Of a DNA stretch of 36,494 nt, positions 25,793 through 35,111 are shown in pieces. The position numbers and the translations under genes are program-made. The DNA is from a virus. The DNA lies in UHGV virus genome UHGV-0309737. One strand, written 5' to 3'. Under the pieces are notes generated by a model, which worked only from the letters and a program-made list of their open reading frames with translations, had not been told where the DNA came from and searched no databases. Each line of letters starts with the position of its first letter. The first letter of the stretch is position 1.

Positions 25793-27117
25793 GCATACTC
25801 TTTAATCCGGAGCTGGATAGTGCTCTTAACGCCAACGGTACCGAAAGCGTTAAAGATATTGATGCAGGATTGTTTCAAGGGGTTGGTCGAGGCGTTAGTA
25901 CTGGGTTTTCTAACGCAGGCACGTCACTACAGCGCATTGGCTTAACCACGCTCGGCCGCGGGCAGATGCAAGTCGCCGCAGCTCAGATGCAGGCTACAGC
26001 GAATATCACTGGTAACGAGGCCCTTAGTAATGCCGCTCAAGATGTTTTAAGTGCTCCTGAACCTACAGAGGACCAGTTACCACAGTACAAATCGTTCGAT
26101 AGCGATCAGGTGGGGGCGGTTGGTACCATTCTGGGTGGACTTGTTCAGCAATCGCCATCATTAGCATTAATGGCGGTAAACCCTGTGGCGGGCGTTTCCG
26201 TTGCTGGGGCGCAAGGGTACACGGAAGCTCACGCAGAAGGCGCGAGATTGGGGCTTACTGGTGAAGATCTGGAAGACTATTCAGCAGTTGGTGGGGCGGC
26301 TATGGCGGCTGGATCTGCCATTCCCGGCTTTACAGGCGTGGGTAAAGGTGCGGTTTTATACGGCTCACGCTTCCTTGCCGGCGGGGTGGTTAACAGTATC
26401 ACCGGTGAGGTCGATCGCTGGGGGCGCGCAGAAATTCTTGATAGCGCAGGTTTTCACGATCAGGCCAGACAGATGCGCCAGGCTGATGCCGCCAGCCGAG
26501 TTACTGAATTTGTGCTCGGTGGCGCGTTTGGGCTACTGGGTGGCGGTCACAGAACCGAAACAGGAAGGACTGGTGACTTAGAACGAGGGATAACCAGTAT
26601 TCATGAAGATGCAGCTACCGCTCACATTATTCATGATAATTACGTAACGGAAACTGCCCCGGGTCTCTCTGCTGATGCGAGAAGCGAGGCGGGGCATGTG
26701 GCGGCTATGGACTCCGCTATCGATTCCGTAAATAGCGGACGTGGCGTAGATGTTACAGATCACCTGACGGGTGATCGTACGTTTATCGTTCATGGCGATA
26801 TTGATGCAGGTAACGTTGCCCGCCAACAGTTGGCGGGTGATTCTTCGAAACGTATTGATGCCGTAGTGCAGGCAGCTGACCGGCAGGCAATACCTGAGAA
26901 AGTTAATAGCTATTCACCAGGCGTTTTAAGTGATGCAACCGATCAGCCTTTCCAGCTTCTACGTGAACAAATGGATGCTGTAGCAGAAAACCATCCGGAG
27001 CTTCGTGATCTCGTTGCACAGCACATTGATAACTTTGAAGCCGAACATACCACCGCACGTCGTAATGCAGAGCTATATGATGTAGCTGCTGCCTGCGCCC
27101 TTAAATTTGGATCCTGA
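25789..27117 (+). CDS. Internal virion protein D (gp16-like), N-terminal ORF
   Basis: 442 aa; no lytic transglycosylase motif seen. Confidence 0.45.
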   Translation: MSILFNPELDSALNANGTESVKDIDAGLFQGVGRGVSTGFSNAGTSLQRIGLTTLGRGQMQVAAAQMQATANITGNEALSNAAQDVLSAPEPTEDQLPQYKSFDSDQVGAVGTILGGLVQQSPSLALMAVNPVAGVSVAGAQGYTEAHAEGARLGLTGEDLEDYSAVGGAAMAAGSAIPGFTGVGKGAVLYGSRFLAGGVVNSITGEVDRWGRAEILDSAGFHDQARQMRQADAASRVTEFVLGGAFGLLGGGHRTETGRTGDLERGITSIHEDAATAHIIHDNYVTETAPGLSADARSEAGHVAAMDSAIDSVNSGRGVDVTDHLTGDRTFIVHGDIDAGNVARQQLAGDSSKRIDAVVQAADRQAIPEKVNSYSPGVLSDATDQPFQLLREQMDAVAENHPELRDLVAQHIDNFEAEHTTARRNAELYDVAAACALKFGS

Positions 27118-27119
27118 CT

Positions 27120-29618
27120 ATGAAACCACAATGTATACAGGCAGTAGAGGCACACCTTAGCGCTGTCAGTGGCAAGCCGGTTAAGCTTACGGCCGCGGCT
27201 ATTTCGCGTATCGATGAAAGAATGCATGAAGGTGCAAAAGTGCTGGCCCGCCGGGATCGCGCCTCCTGGCAATCAATGTCTCCTGATGAGCGTACGATTG
27301 CCATTGGTCAATGGGTGAGGGAACAAGAACAAGGGCAAGCAGACAGCCAGGCAAGGAGTAAAGTTCGCCAGCTTTCCGCTATTGTCGATGCAGCTAAAAG
27401 GCTTGATGCGATGGCGGGTGCCAGGCCAGACAAAGCAGGGAAATGGAGTAAATCTCTGATCGATGTACTGGAGGGCGTAGATAACACCTTGCGTGGAGCG
27501 GAGCAGGTCGCGGTAAGAGGATTCGGCGATATGCTAAAAGCGGCCAGAGTCGGGCCGTGGACGATGGATTTTGGCAATAAGCGCAGCGATGCTTTCTTTG
27601 CTGATGTCGTGCGCGAAATCTACGGTACCGATACAGGAAATGCTACCGCTAAAAGCTTTGCGCAAAAGTGGTCGGCCACCATGGACGGTTATCGCGAGGC
27701 CCGAAACCGGGCTGGTGGAACGGTAGGTAAACTGGATAATTACGCTCCACAATCCCATGATGCTACGGTTATGCAGCGGGTTGGTAAGCCCGCATGGGTT
27801 TCTTTTATGATGAAGAATCTCGATCGGGAGCAATATCTTAGTGAAACCGGCACTCGTCTCACGGATCCAGAACTTGAGAGCGTAGTGGGAAAAATGTACG
27901 ACTCCATCGTAACTGATGGCGCAAATAAAATTCAGCTTGATTTACAAGGATTGGCTGAGGGGGCGCCCAGCAGTTTTGGAAGCGCCAACATCGCGAGAAT
28001 GCTTAATAGCAGCCATAGAGAGATTCATTTACGAGATGCTGATGCCGTCATCGCTTATAACAATCAGTTCAGTGATCGCGCTCTGGGTGCGTCATTCTTT
28101 AGCCATCTAAACGGCGCCGCCAGAGATGTAGCGCTCATTAATGAGATGGGGCCAAACCCTGCGCTTACTTTCGCGACGTTAAAAGATACAGCAGCGAAGC
28201 GGGATAGCCAGATGCCTGGGGCCGTTTTTGAAGGCGATGGTAGTGTCAAAGGAGGAAACCGGGGAGCATTCGGCCCCGAGGCTTACTTTCGTCAAATAAT
28301 GCGTAATAACGCAGATTTCACCGATTTTGATCGCATTAGTAGCGCGTTAACTGCGTACCAGGCTGCAACAAAATTAACCAGCACAGGGCTACGCTCAGTT
28401 TTCCAGGACACGCCGGGTATGCTTCTGAATATGGCTGATGTGGGTCAGTTGCACAACATTGGCACTGTACTGCGTACAGCCTTCCGTCCAAAAGAAGCGG
28501 CTCAGTTCGGGATTGGTGCTGAAGTGGCGGTACGCGCTGCGCGTGAAGGTGCCGAAAGAATAATGGCACAGGGGCGTTTTAACCTGGCTAACGCCCTTAG
28601 TCGATACGCTCAGGCCACTATGAAATACACGTTGCTTGACGCCTGGACGAACGCGGCCCGGCGAGCGGGGCAGACCTCGCATGCACTGGCATTAGGTGAA
28701 TGGTCACATCTGCCTTGGAGTAAGCTGGATAGTAGCCAGCGCGGGCTATTGAATAATGCCGGTATCACTGAAGGTGATTGGCAGCACATCATGAGCGTCC
28801 CCCGCAAGAAACTACGCGGGCAAGATATACACGATGTGTCTGATGTATCTGCGTTAGGGCTTTCCCCCGATGAGACTATGCGCCTGCAATCTCAAATGAT
28901 GGGGTTTATCAGAATGGGCGGCGATATCGTTACTTCAGAGCATAACCTTACGGCACAAACATTAATGAGTGCTGGTGGGCGGACTAATGCCTTGACCAAA
29001 CAGGTAATGCTTTTTAAAAATGCTGGTGCGATACAGACCGCGCACATGTTGGATCGTCTTAGTCGTAAATCTGGCACAACCAAAGTTGGTTATGTTGCGG
29101 CGACGGCTGCACTATCCGCAAGCTTTGGTTATATGGCTCTGGTAGCTCAGGCGGTAACCAGCGGGCAGAATCCACCGCCACCAGATGATATACGAACCAT
29201 TGGTAAGGCTATGGCCGTAGCTGGTGGCTTTGCGATGGTTCAGGATCTGATTACCAGTATGTACGATGCTGTTAGTGGGGATAACAGTGGCCACAGTTCA
29301 AGTGCTGTACCCATTTTTGGTGATCTTGCAACGTTGGGTAAAATTGCCTTTACTGCCCCAATTGACCCACAGAAAGCCGGGTATATGGCTATCAAGTTTG
29401 GTCGCCAGCAAATTGCTCCGTTGAATTACTGGTATACAAAGGCGGCGGTTGATCATATGTTTTTCAACGATGCGGCCGAAGCGCTCAATCCAGGCTATCA
29501 GCGAAGGCTTAGAAAGTATGCTGATCAGAAAGGTCAACAGTATTTCTGGGATCCATCTGGAGACCTAGCGGCACCAGAAATGGGATACTATAAAAAAGAA
29601 TTCGAATTTGGTAATTAG
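27120..29618 (+). CDS. Internal virion protein D (gp16-like), C-terminal ORF
   Basis: 832 aa; with upstream ORF sums to ~T7 gp16 length; different frame, 2-nt gap. Confidence 0.5.
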   Translation: MKPQCIQAVEAHLSAVSGKPVKLTAAAISRIDERMHEGAKVLARRDRASWQSMSPDERTIAIGQWVREQEQGQADSQARSKVRQLSAIVDAAKRLDAMAGARPDKAGKWSKSLIDVLEGVDNTLRGAEQVAVRGFGDMLKAARVGPWTMDFGNKRSDAFFADVVREIYGTDTGNATAKSFAQKWSATMDGYREARNRAGGTVGKLDNYAPQSHDATVMQRVGKPAWVSFMMKNLDREQYLSETGTRLTDPELESVVGKMYDSIVTDGANKIQLDLQGLAEGAPSSFGSANIARMLNSSHREIHLRDADAVIAYNNQFSDRALGASFFSHLNGAARDVALINEMGPNPALTFATLKDTAAKRDSQMPGAVFEGDGSVKGGNRGAFGPEAYFRQIMRNNADFTDFDRISSALTAYQAATKLTSTGLRSVFQDTPGMLLNMADVGQLHNIGTVLRTAFRPKEAAQFGIGAEVAVRAAREGAERIMAQGRFNLANALSRYAQATMKYTLLDAWTNAARRAGQTSHALALGEWSHLPWSKLDSSQRGLLNNAGITEGDWQHIMSVPRKKLRGQDIHDVSDVSALGLSPDETMRLQSQMMGFIRMGGDIVTSEHNLTAQTLMSAGGRTNALTKQVMLFKNAGAIQTAHMLDRLSRKSGTTKVGYVAATAALSASFGYMALVAQAVTSGQNPPPPDDIRTIGKAMAVAGGFAMVQDLITSMYDAVSGDNSGHSSSAVPIFGDLATLGKIAFTAPIDPQKAGYMAIKFGRQQIAPLNYWYTKAAVDHMFFNDAAEALNPGYQRRLRKYADQKGQQYFWDPSGDLAAPEMGYYKKEFEFGN

Positions 29619-29632
29619 ATAAAGGGGGCGGT

Positions 29633-29926
29633 ATGCTAAATCCTCATACATTGAGAATTATCATCTGGTTTGTGTTTAGTATTGTTGGATGTATTTTATT
29701 TTTTATCGCTTATGGCCGCAGTCTTAAAAGGGCTTGCTCGTTTCTCCATGATGCAAAAGTAAGTTGCGATAAAATTAAAGAAAATAATAATTCTGGTGAT
29801 TATGTAGACGCACACCAAAGGTATAAAGTCTGGAAAAATGAAGTTGCTAGTATAAAACGGCAGCGAACATACTGCCTCTTAGCCACCCCTGGAATCCTGG
29901 CCATAATCGCCATGATTTTCTGGTGA
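29633..29926 (+). CDS. Small two-TM membrane protein, AT-rich accessory gene
   Basis: 97 aa; TM at 8-27 and 78-97; SD AAGGGGG; GC much lower than flanks. Confidence 0.5.
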   Translation: MLNPHTLRIIIWFVFSIVGCILFFIAYGRSLKRACSFLHDAKVSCDKIKENNNSGDYVDAHQRYKVWKNEVASIKRQRTYCLLATPGILAIIAMIFW

Positions 29927-29929
29927 TAT

Positions 29930-29950
29930 GCATAGCCCACCGTGGTGGGC
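29930..29950. other. Hairpin between convergent accessory genes
   Basis: AGCCCACC-gt-GGTGGGCT; same stem as the 5322 terminator; no T-run. Confidence 0.5.
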
Positions 29951-30622
29951 TTAACGTTTACCTTTGTACGAATCCCAACAATTTTTGCACCATGACATCA
30001 ACCCATCACGGTTGTTTGCGTTTTTGTAATAGCTTGTGCGTTTACGGCGGATCTCACAAATTGGACACCATTTAGTGTGCTGTGTGTTTTTTGGACCATC
30101 CAGGCAGTGTGCGCACCAAGTTGTATATCCATCAGCGTGTTTACTAGATTTTCTATATTTATCTAAGGGCAGGTTTCTACTGCATCGCGTACAGACCTTA
30201 CGCCCATCAGCAACCTGAACGGTATTTTCAATTAACGTAGGTGAAATCGTGGAAGAGGGGAGCGGGTTAACGACTTTTTCAACTCTTTGAGGCTGAATAA
30301 AGGTCTGCTGCTCCGTGTGCAAAGACTCGACAGATTTCTGCTCAGAAACCTGTTTGTAATAATCGGATATAACAGCTTTGTCATATTCAGAATGACTTTC
30401 GTTATTTAAGGTATTAGGTTTCGTATACTGAGTCGAAGCGCTGTCAATCACTTGTGTTTGCTGAATACGGATTTCCCCATCTTCAGTTTTAACAGTTTTG
30501 TTTCTGGTTATAACGGTTCGATTTGTGATTTTTGTTCTGTTCTGATTGATAACGAACAAGATCACAACAACTACGCCAACAACTACCCAGAAAATTTCCA
30601 TAAAATCACTCTTAGCATTCAA
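29951..30622 (-). CDS. Membrane-anchored protein with C-terminal tandem CxxC-x20-CxxC zinc-ribbon repeats
   Basis: 223 aa; N-terminal TM IFWVVVGVVVVILFVI; repeats CTRCSRNLPLDKYRKSSKHADGYTTWCAHC and CPICEIRRKRTSYYKNANNRDGLMSWCKNC; AT-rich. Confidence 0.5.
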   Translation of the reverse strand: MNAKSDFMEIFWVVVGVVVVILFVINQNRTKITNRTVITRNKTVKTEDGEIRIQQTQVIDSASTQYTKPNTLNNESHSEYDKAVISDYYKQVSEQKSVESLHTEQQTFIQPQRVEKVVNPLPSSTISPTLIENTVQVADGRKVCTRCSRNLPLDKYRKSSKHADGYTTWCAHCLDGPKNTQHTKWCPICEIRRKRTSYYKNANNRDGLMSWCKNCWDSYKGKR

Positions 30623-30685
30623 TTCACTCAGTAAAGATATGATAGAGCAGCATTTTCCGAAATCCTGATATTTTTACAGCATTAA

Positions 30686-30700
30686 GTCAGGATTCCGACC
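30686..30700. promoter_or_regulatory. Conserved palindromic late element copy 2 (GTCAGGATTCCGACC)
   Basis: 62 nt upstream of small terminase ATG. Confidence 0.6.
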
Positions 30701-30718
30701 TCTAGCCCAATACATCAT

Positions 30719-30747
30719 AGCCCTATGGATAACCACGGGGCTTTTTT
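30719..30747 (+). terminator. Terminator-like hairpin + T-run immediately abutting small-terminase ATG
   Basis: AGCCC-tatggataacca-CGGGGCT TTTTT ATG. Confidence 0.45.
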
Positions 30748-31095
30748 ATGCATTCAGATTACAAAACTCGCCTTACTGCTCTTAGCGATAAGCTCACCGA
30801 TGTAGTTCTGGAAGAAGCCGATCCGGACAACTGGCCGGGGGCAGGGAAGGAAATCACAAAGCACACCAAACAGGAACGCGGCGATCGGTACTGGCATAAG
30901 AAGAATGCGGCCGCATCGCTAACCTTGTTGGTAAAAGTCCATTCACTTATTGGTATGCATACTCGCGGAGGCACGCCGAAGAGCGGCGGAGAAGATCCGG
31001 ACGATGAAGCGTTCCAGTTAGGTCAGCAGGTAGCAGCTGCTGAGCGTAAAGCGCTGGAAGTCATCGAGAGGATACAGCACAAAGGCAAAAAATGA
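30748..31095 (+). CDS. Terminase small subunit (gp18-like), putative
   Basis: 115 aa directly upstream of and ATGA-overlapping large terminase. Confidence 0.5.
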   Translation: MHSDYKTRLTALSDKLTDVVLEEADPDNWPGAGKEITKHTKQERGDRYWHKKNAAASLTLLVKVHSLIGMHTRGGTPKSGGEDPDDEAFQLGQQVAAAERKALEVIERIQHKGKK

Positions 31096-32702
31096 TTTCG
31101 TTCCTGGCCTTCTTTTTGATGTGGGCGGAACGGATGAACTGGGATGTGCCGGACTGCCACTATAAAGCCTGCCACTGGCTGGAGCATCGCGGAAACCTCG
31201 CGGTGCTTCGCTGTTTTCGTGGCTTTGGTAAATCAACTATCCTGGGCGTTTATAACGCCTGGCGGTATTACTGCGATCGCCAGTACCGTATTCTGCATCA
31301 GTCGGAATCCGATACAACCGCCAGAAAGACCAGCCGCGATACGCAAAACGTTCTGCGTAATCACCCACTGACGAAAGGTATGTTGCCGGACGGCATCGGT
31401 ACCATCGAGCAATGGTGGGTAAACGGCGCGCTGGATATGCGTAACGCCAGCATGTTCGCAAAAGGCATTCTGTCGAACGTTACCGGCGCCCGTGCCAACG
31501 AGTGCCAGAATGATGACGTGGAGGTGCCCGGCAATATCCAGACTCCGGAGGCTCGCGAAAAACTGCGCTATCGCCTAAGCGAGCAGACGCATATTTTGAT
31601 ACCCGGAGGCCGGAAATTGTTTATCGGTACGCCGCATACCCACGATAGTCTTTACGACGAGAAAGAAGCAGAGGGCGCTGATTGCCTGACGATAAAGCTA
31701 TTCGATAAAGAGCACCGCGTCGAAGCGAAGAAGGCAACCAAAAAACGATACCGGATACCGTTCCGCCCAGAATATGTTTTTGTGGGGATCCACAAGGCCG
31801 CCCGGTTATTGATTGAGGGTACTGATTATCGATTGACGGAAGACGGTGTAGAGTTCGCAGCGCCGCCTGAAACTGTCGTGGATTTTTATGCCGGCTGCGC
31901 GTGGCCAGGCCGTTTCGATCATGATGAATTACTGCTGCGCCGTAAAGAATGCCGCACCGTCAACGAATGGGATAGCCAGTACCAGTTGCACAGTAAACCG
32001 GTTGGCGAGGTTCGTCTCGATCCCGACCGTATCCGCGAGTACAACGTCCAGCCTGAAATTCGCTATGCGAACCGTTCCTGCTCGATGTGGCTGGGACAGA
32101 CGCAAATCGTCGGCGCTGTCGCCTGGTGGGATGTGGCCACCGGCAAAGTTAAGGCTGATGCTTCGGCATTTTCCCTTATTTTCACCGACGCCCGCGGGCA
32201 TCTTTACTGGCATGTTTGCCAGGGGTTAACTGGCGAGCTGGCAGAATTTGGCTACAACGACAAAATCACCGGCGGTCAGGTGATGCAGATTAAAGAACTG
32301 GTGCTGAAGTACCAGATCCCGCTGGTCTGCGTAGAGGTAAACGGCCCCGGCAGTTTCGCCGGGAAGTTGCTTATTCAGGCGCTGAAGGGTACCGGCTGCG
32401 GCGTGCGGGAAGAGTTCAGCGTCACCAACAAACAAAAGCGCATCCTCGATGCTTTCGAAGCGCCGCTGTCGTCCCGGTTCCTGTGGGCGCATACCGACGT
32501 GCTCGACGGCCCAATGTACGACCAGATGCGGGATTTCAACCCGGCGTTAACTAACCAGCCAGACGACTTTATCGATTCGGGATCCGGTGCGATCAGTGCT
32601 ACGCCTGTGCGCATCGGGAAATTAGTCGGGATTCCGACCGCGCAGGCGAGGGAGCATTGGCAGCCATACGATGGCGACATTTCGGTCGCTGTAGATTACT
32701 AG
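31092..32702 (+). CDS. Terminase large subunit (T7 gp19-like)
   Basis: 536 aa; Walker A CFRGFGKST; size/position. Confidence 0.8.
   Translation: MISFLAFFLMWAERMNWDVPDCHYKACHWLEHRGNLAVLRCFRGFGKSTILGVYNAWRYYCDRQYRILHQSESDTTARKTSRDTQNVLRNHPLTKGMLPDGIGTIEQWWVNGALDMRNASMFAKGILSNVTGARANECQNDDVEVPGNIQTPEAREKLRYRLSEQTHILIPGGRKLFIGTPHTHDSLYDEKEAEGADCLTIKLFDKEHRVEAKKATKKRYRIPFRPEYVFVGIHKAARLLIEGTDYRLTEDGVEFAAPPETVVDFYAGCAWPGRFDHDELLLRRKECRTVNEWDSQYQLHSKPVGEVRLDPDRIREYNVQPEIRYANRSCSMWLGQTQIVGAVAWWDVATGKVKADASAFSLIFTDARGHLYWHVCQGLTGELAEFGYNDKITGGQVMQIKELVLKYQIPLVCVEVNGPGSFAGKLLIQALKGTGCGVREEFSVTNKQKRILDAFEAPLSSRFLWAHTDVLDGPMYDQMRDFNPALTNQPDDFIDSGSGAISATPVRIGKLVGIPTAQAREHWQPYDGDISVAVDY
32625..32642. promoter_or_regulatory. 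Conserved palindromic late element copy 3 (GTCGGGATTCCGACCGCG) inside terminase 3' end
   Basis: 78 nt upstream of tailspike ATG. Confidence 0.6.
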
Positions 32703-32719
32703 CCGCCGGAGCGCCACCT

Positions 32720-34888
32720 ATGTCGGTACCTAACCAAATTCCTTATAACATCTATACCGCCAATGGACAGACGACCGTTTTTACTTACCAGTTCTATATC
32801 ATCAGTGCCAGTGATTTAGAGGTAAGCATCAACGGTTCCGTTGTTACCAGCGGCTATACCGTATCCGGCGTTGGTAACAAAGACGGCGGTGATATTACAT
32901 TCCTTACTCCGCCGGCAAACGGCGCAGTGGTTATGCTCGAACGTGTGGTACCGACATTTCGTCTCACCGATTATCAGGACAATGGCGATTTGCTTGCGGA
33001 TACCGTCAATAAGGATTTTGACCGTATCTGGATGGCGATTCAACGCGCGTTTATCGATCTGGGGCTTTCACTTACTCGCCCACTTTTTGGCGGGCCGTAT
33101 AACGCACAGGGCTACCGCATCGCTAATCTTGCTGATCCAGTCGATAAACAGGATGCCGCAACAAAGAGCTACGTTGATGCAACTGGTGCAGCCAACCTTC
33201 GCTATGCGCTGCGTTTCCCTGAAGTTGTCGAACCCATGCCGCGAGTAGCTGTTCGGGCTAATTCCCTTCAGGGGTATAACGCCCAGGGTAAACCAGTACC
33301 CGTTTTCTCGATGACCGATACCGCCGACCTTGCATTACAACTTGCATCCTTAACCGGTGCGAGTTTGATTGGAGGTCTGGGATTTATCACACCTGAAATG
33401 CATGGGGCGCTGGGGGATGGAAATACCGATGACCGCGTAGCAATTCAAGCTGCGATCGATAAGGCCAGCGAAAACTACATTAACGGGACTGGGCCAACAA
33501 CGGTATGGATGGGTTACAAATACCTGGTATCTCTGAACCCAAACTCACCACTGTTACCCGGTGAAGTCGCTGCGGGTCGCGCGGTGTTCAATGTGCCAGA
33601 CGGGGTGACAATCACCGGTGGCGGGCACATAGCGCTAGTTGACACCTACTCGGGTACGTCTTCCGGCGCAGTATTTACTAACTGGAGTGGCACCGCGAAT
33701 AACTGCATCATCAGAGGTATTTCAATCGATTGCCGCTATGGTATAGCCCCCGGTCGTGGGATATCAGGTATCAACATTGTCGATTCTGATAATGTTCTGA
33801 TTGATGGCGTGATAGTCATTAACGCATCGGGCGGGGGTATTTACCTGCGCCGTTGCTACGGTAACGCAGCCGATAGTAACTACGGATGCTCAAACAGCAA
33901 AATCATTAACTGTCATGTTAATAACGTTTATTACATCGGGATCCAGTGCGAGCGCCCGCGAGGCGTTCTCATTAATGGCAATACTATTACAAACACCAAA
34001 AATAACGGTATTGATATCGAGGGTGAAAACTCCAGCACAACCAATTCTGGTTATGCAACCAACGTTGTAATCACATCCAATATTCTGGTGGATGTTAATA
34101 ACGGTATTTTTATCGAATCCTGTGGCAATACTGTTGTTAACAGCAACAACATTACTACGGCGGGGATCGGGATTGTCTTTAACCGTATCAGTTCTGCGTC
34201 GTTCTTCAATACTGTTATAGGCAACGAAATCACCGGGACGTCATTAACATCGGGCTGGGGGATGCGCTTTATCAACCAGATCGGGCGGTGCACGATTGCC
34301 AATAATACAATCAGGGTTAAAAAGTACGGTATGCATTTTGCCGATCGTATCGACCGTTGCAATATCGGGTCAAACACCTTTGAGTCTATCGGTGAAACGA
34401 TACTCCATTTCGATAAAGTACCATCAGGTGTATCTATGCTTCGTTCCCGAATTGCGGAGCAATTTTACCTTGGCGGGCAGACTAGAGGTGTCCCGTATTC
34501 AACATCTCCGCGTGGATGCCCTTCAAACTACCCGAATCGAATGGCATCAACCGTTCGTTATACCCCCGTTCTATTTTCAGACCTTGCGGGGCCGGGGGAA
34601 GACAATATGGTGTACCGTACCGCCGTGCTTACGTTGAATAGCTCTTGGAATGCTTACGCCAGGTACGGAAACACCACCGCCGGTTATACCGACATAAATG
34701 GTAATTTTGGTAATGCGGGGGATTACCTTGAAATTAATGGAGTTGTGTATCAAATTTATGCGGTGGCAACCAGCGTCACGACAATTACTAAGTGGGATGG
34801 AACGGCGTATGTCGCTGGTAATTTTGTTGGTGATTTCACGGATGCTTTCACAGTTAAAACACACAGACCTGTATGGGGAACTTTATAA
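32720..34888 (+). CDS. Tailspike/tail fiber: T7 gp17-like N-terminal adaptor + pectate-lyase-like beta-helix (putative capsule depolymerase)
   Basis: 722 aa from ATG 32720; ...AQGYRIANLADPVDKQDAATKSYVDA vs T7 gp17 GRRIVNLANAVDDRDAVPFGQLKT; repeated NxxIxxN/G PbH1 repeats. Confidence 0.85.
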   Translation: MSVPNQIPYNIYTANGQTTVFTYQFYIISASDLEVSINGSVVTSGYTVSGVGNKDGGDITFLTPPANGAVVMLERVVPTFRLTDYQDNGDLLADTVNKDFDRIWMAIQRAFIDLGLSLTRPLFGGPYNAQGYRIANLADPVDKQDAATKSYVDATGAANLRYALRFPEVVEPMPRVAVRANSLQGYNAQGKPVPVFSMTDTADLALQLASLTGASLIGGLGFITPEMHGALGDGNTDDRVAIQAAIDKASENYINGTGPTTVWMGYKYLVSLNPNSPLLPGEVAAGRAVFNVPDGVTITGGGHIALVDTYSGTSSGAVFTNWSGTANNCIIRGISIDCRYGIAPGRGISGINIVDSDNVLIDGVIVINASGGGIYLRRCYGNAADSNYGCSNSKIINCHVNNVYYIGIQCERPRGVLINGNTITNTKNNGIDIEGENSSTTNSGYATNVVITSNILVDVNNGIFIESCGNTVVNSNNITTAGIGIVFNRISSASFFNTVIGNEITGTSLTSGWGMRFINQIGRCTIANNTIRVKKYGMHFADRIDRCNIGSNTFESIGETILHFDKVPSGVSMLRSRIAEQFYLGGQTRGVPYSTSPRGCPSNYPNRMASTVRYTPVLFSDLAGPGEDNMVYRTAVLTLNSSWNAYARYGNTTAGYTDINGNFGNAGDYLEINGVVYQIYAVATSVTTITKWDGTAYVAGNFVGDFTDAFTVKTHRPVWGTL

Positions 34889-35034
34889 TGGAAATTGGCG
34901 ACGTAACGCAGCTTACTGATGAAGAGATTAATGATTACCTGAATAACTACGTCTGGTATGGCATTTCCGCAGACGACAGGCTTCGTCTGGGTGAAGAAAT
35001 GAGACGACGCGAAGCACTTAAGGAGCAGAACTAA
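34888..35034 (+). CDS. Small ORF (48 aa) after tailspike
   Basis: ATG overlaps tailspike stop (TAATG). Confidence 0.3.
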   Translation: MEIGDVTQLTDEEINDYLNNYVWYGISADDRLRLGEEMRRREALKEQN

Positions 35035-35039
35035 AAGAA

Positions 35040-35060
35040 GGTCAGGATTCCGACCTGACC
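35040..35060. promoter_or_regulatory. Conserved palindromic late element copy 4 (GGTCAGGATTCCGACCTGACC)
   Basis: 71 nt upstream of holin ATG; extended 7-bp stem. Confidence 0.6.
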
Positions 35061-35064
35061 AACG

Positions 35065-35110
35065 CCTTACCCTCACATCACTACACATAGTGATCCCCGT
35101 GGGGGTAAGG
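35065..35110 (+). promoter_or_regulatory. Nested RNA hairpin sequestering holin SD
   Basis: CCTTACCC(35065-72) pairs GGGTAAGG(35103-10, the SD); inner ATCACT-acacat-AGTGAT. Confidence 0.55.
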
Positions 35111-35111
35111 C

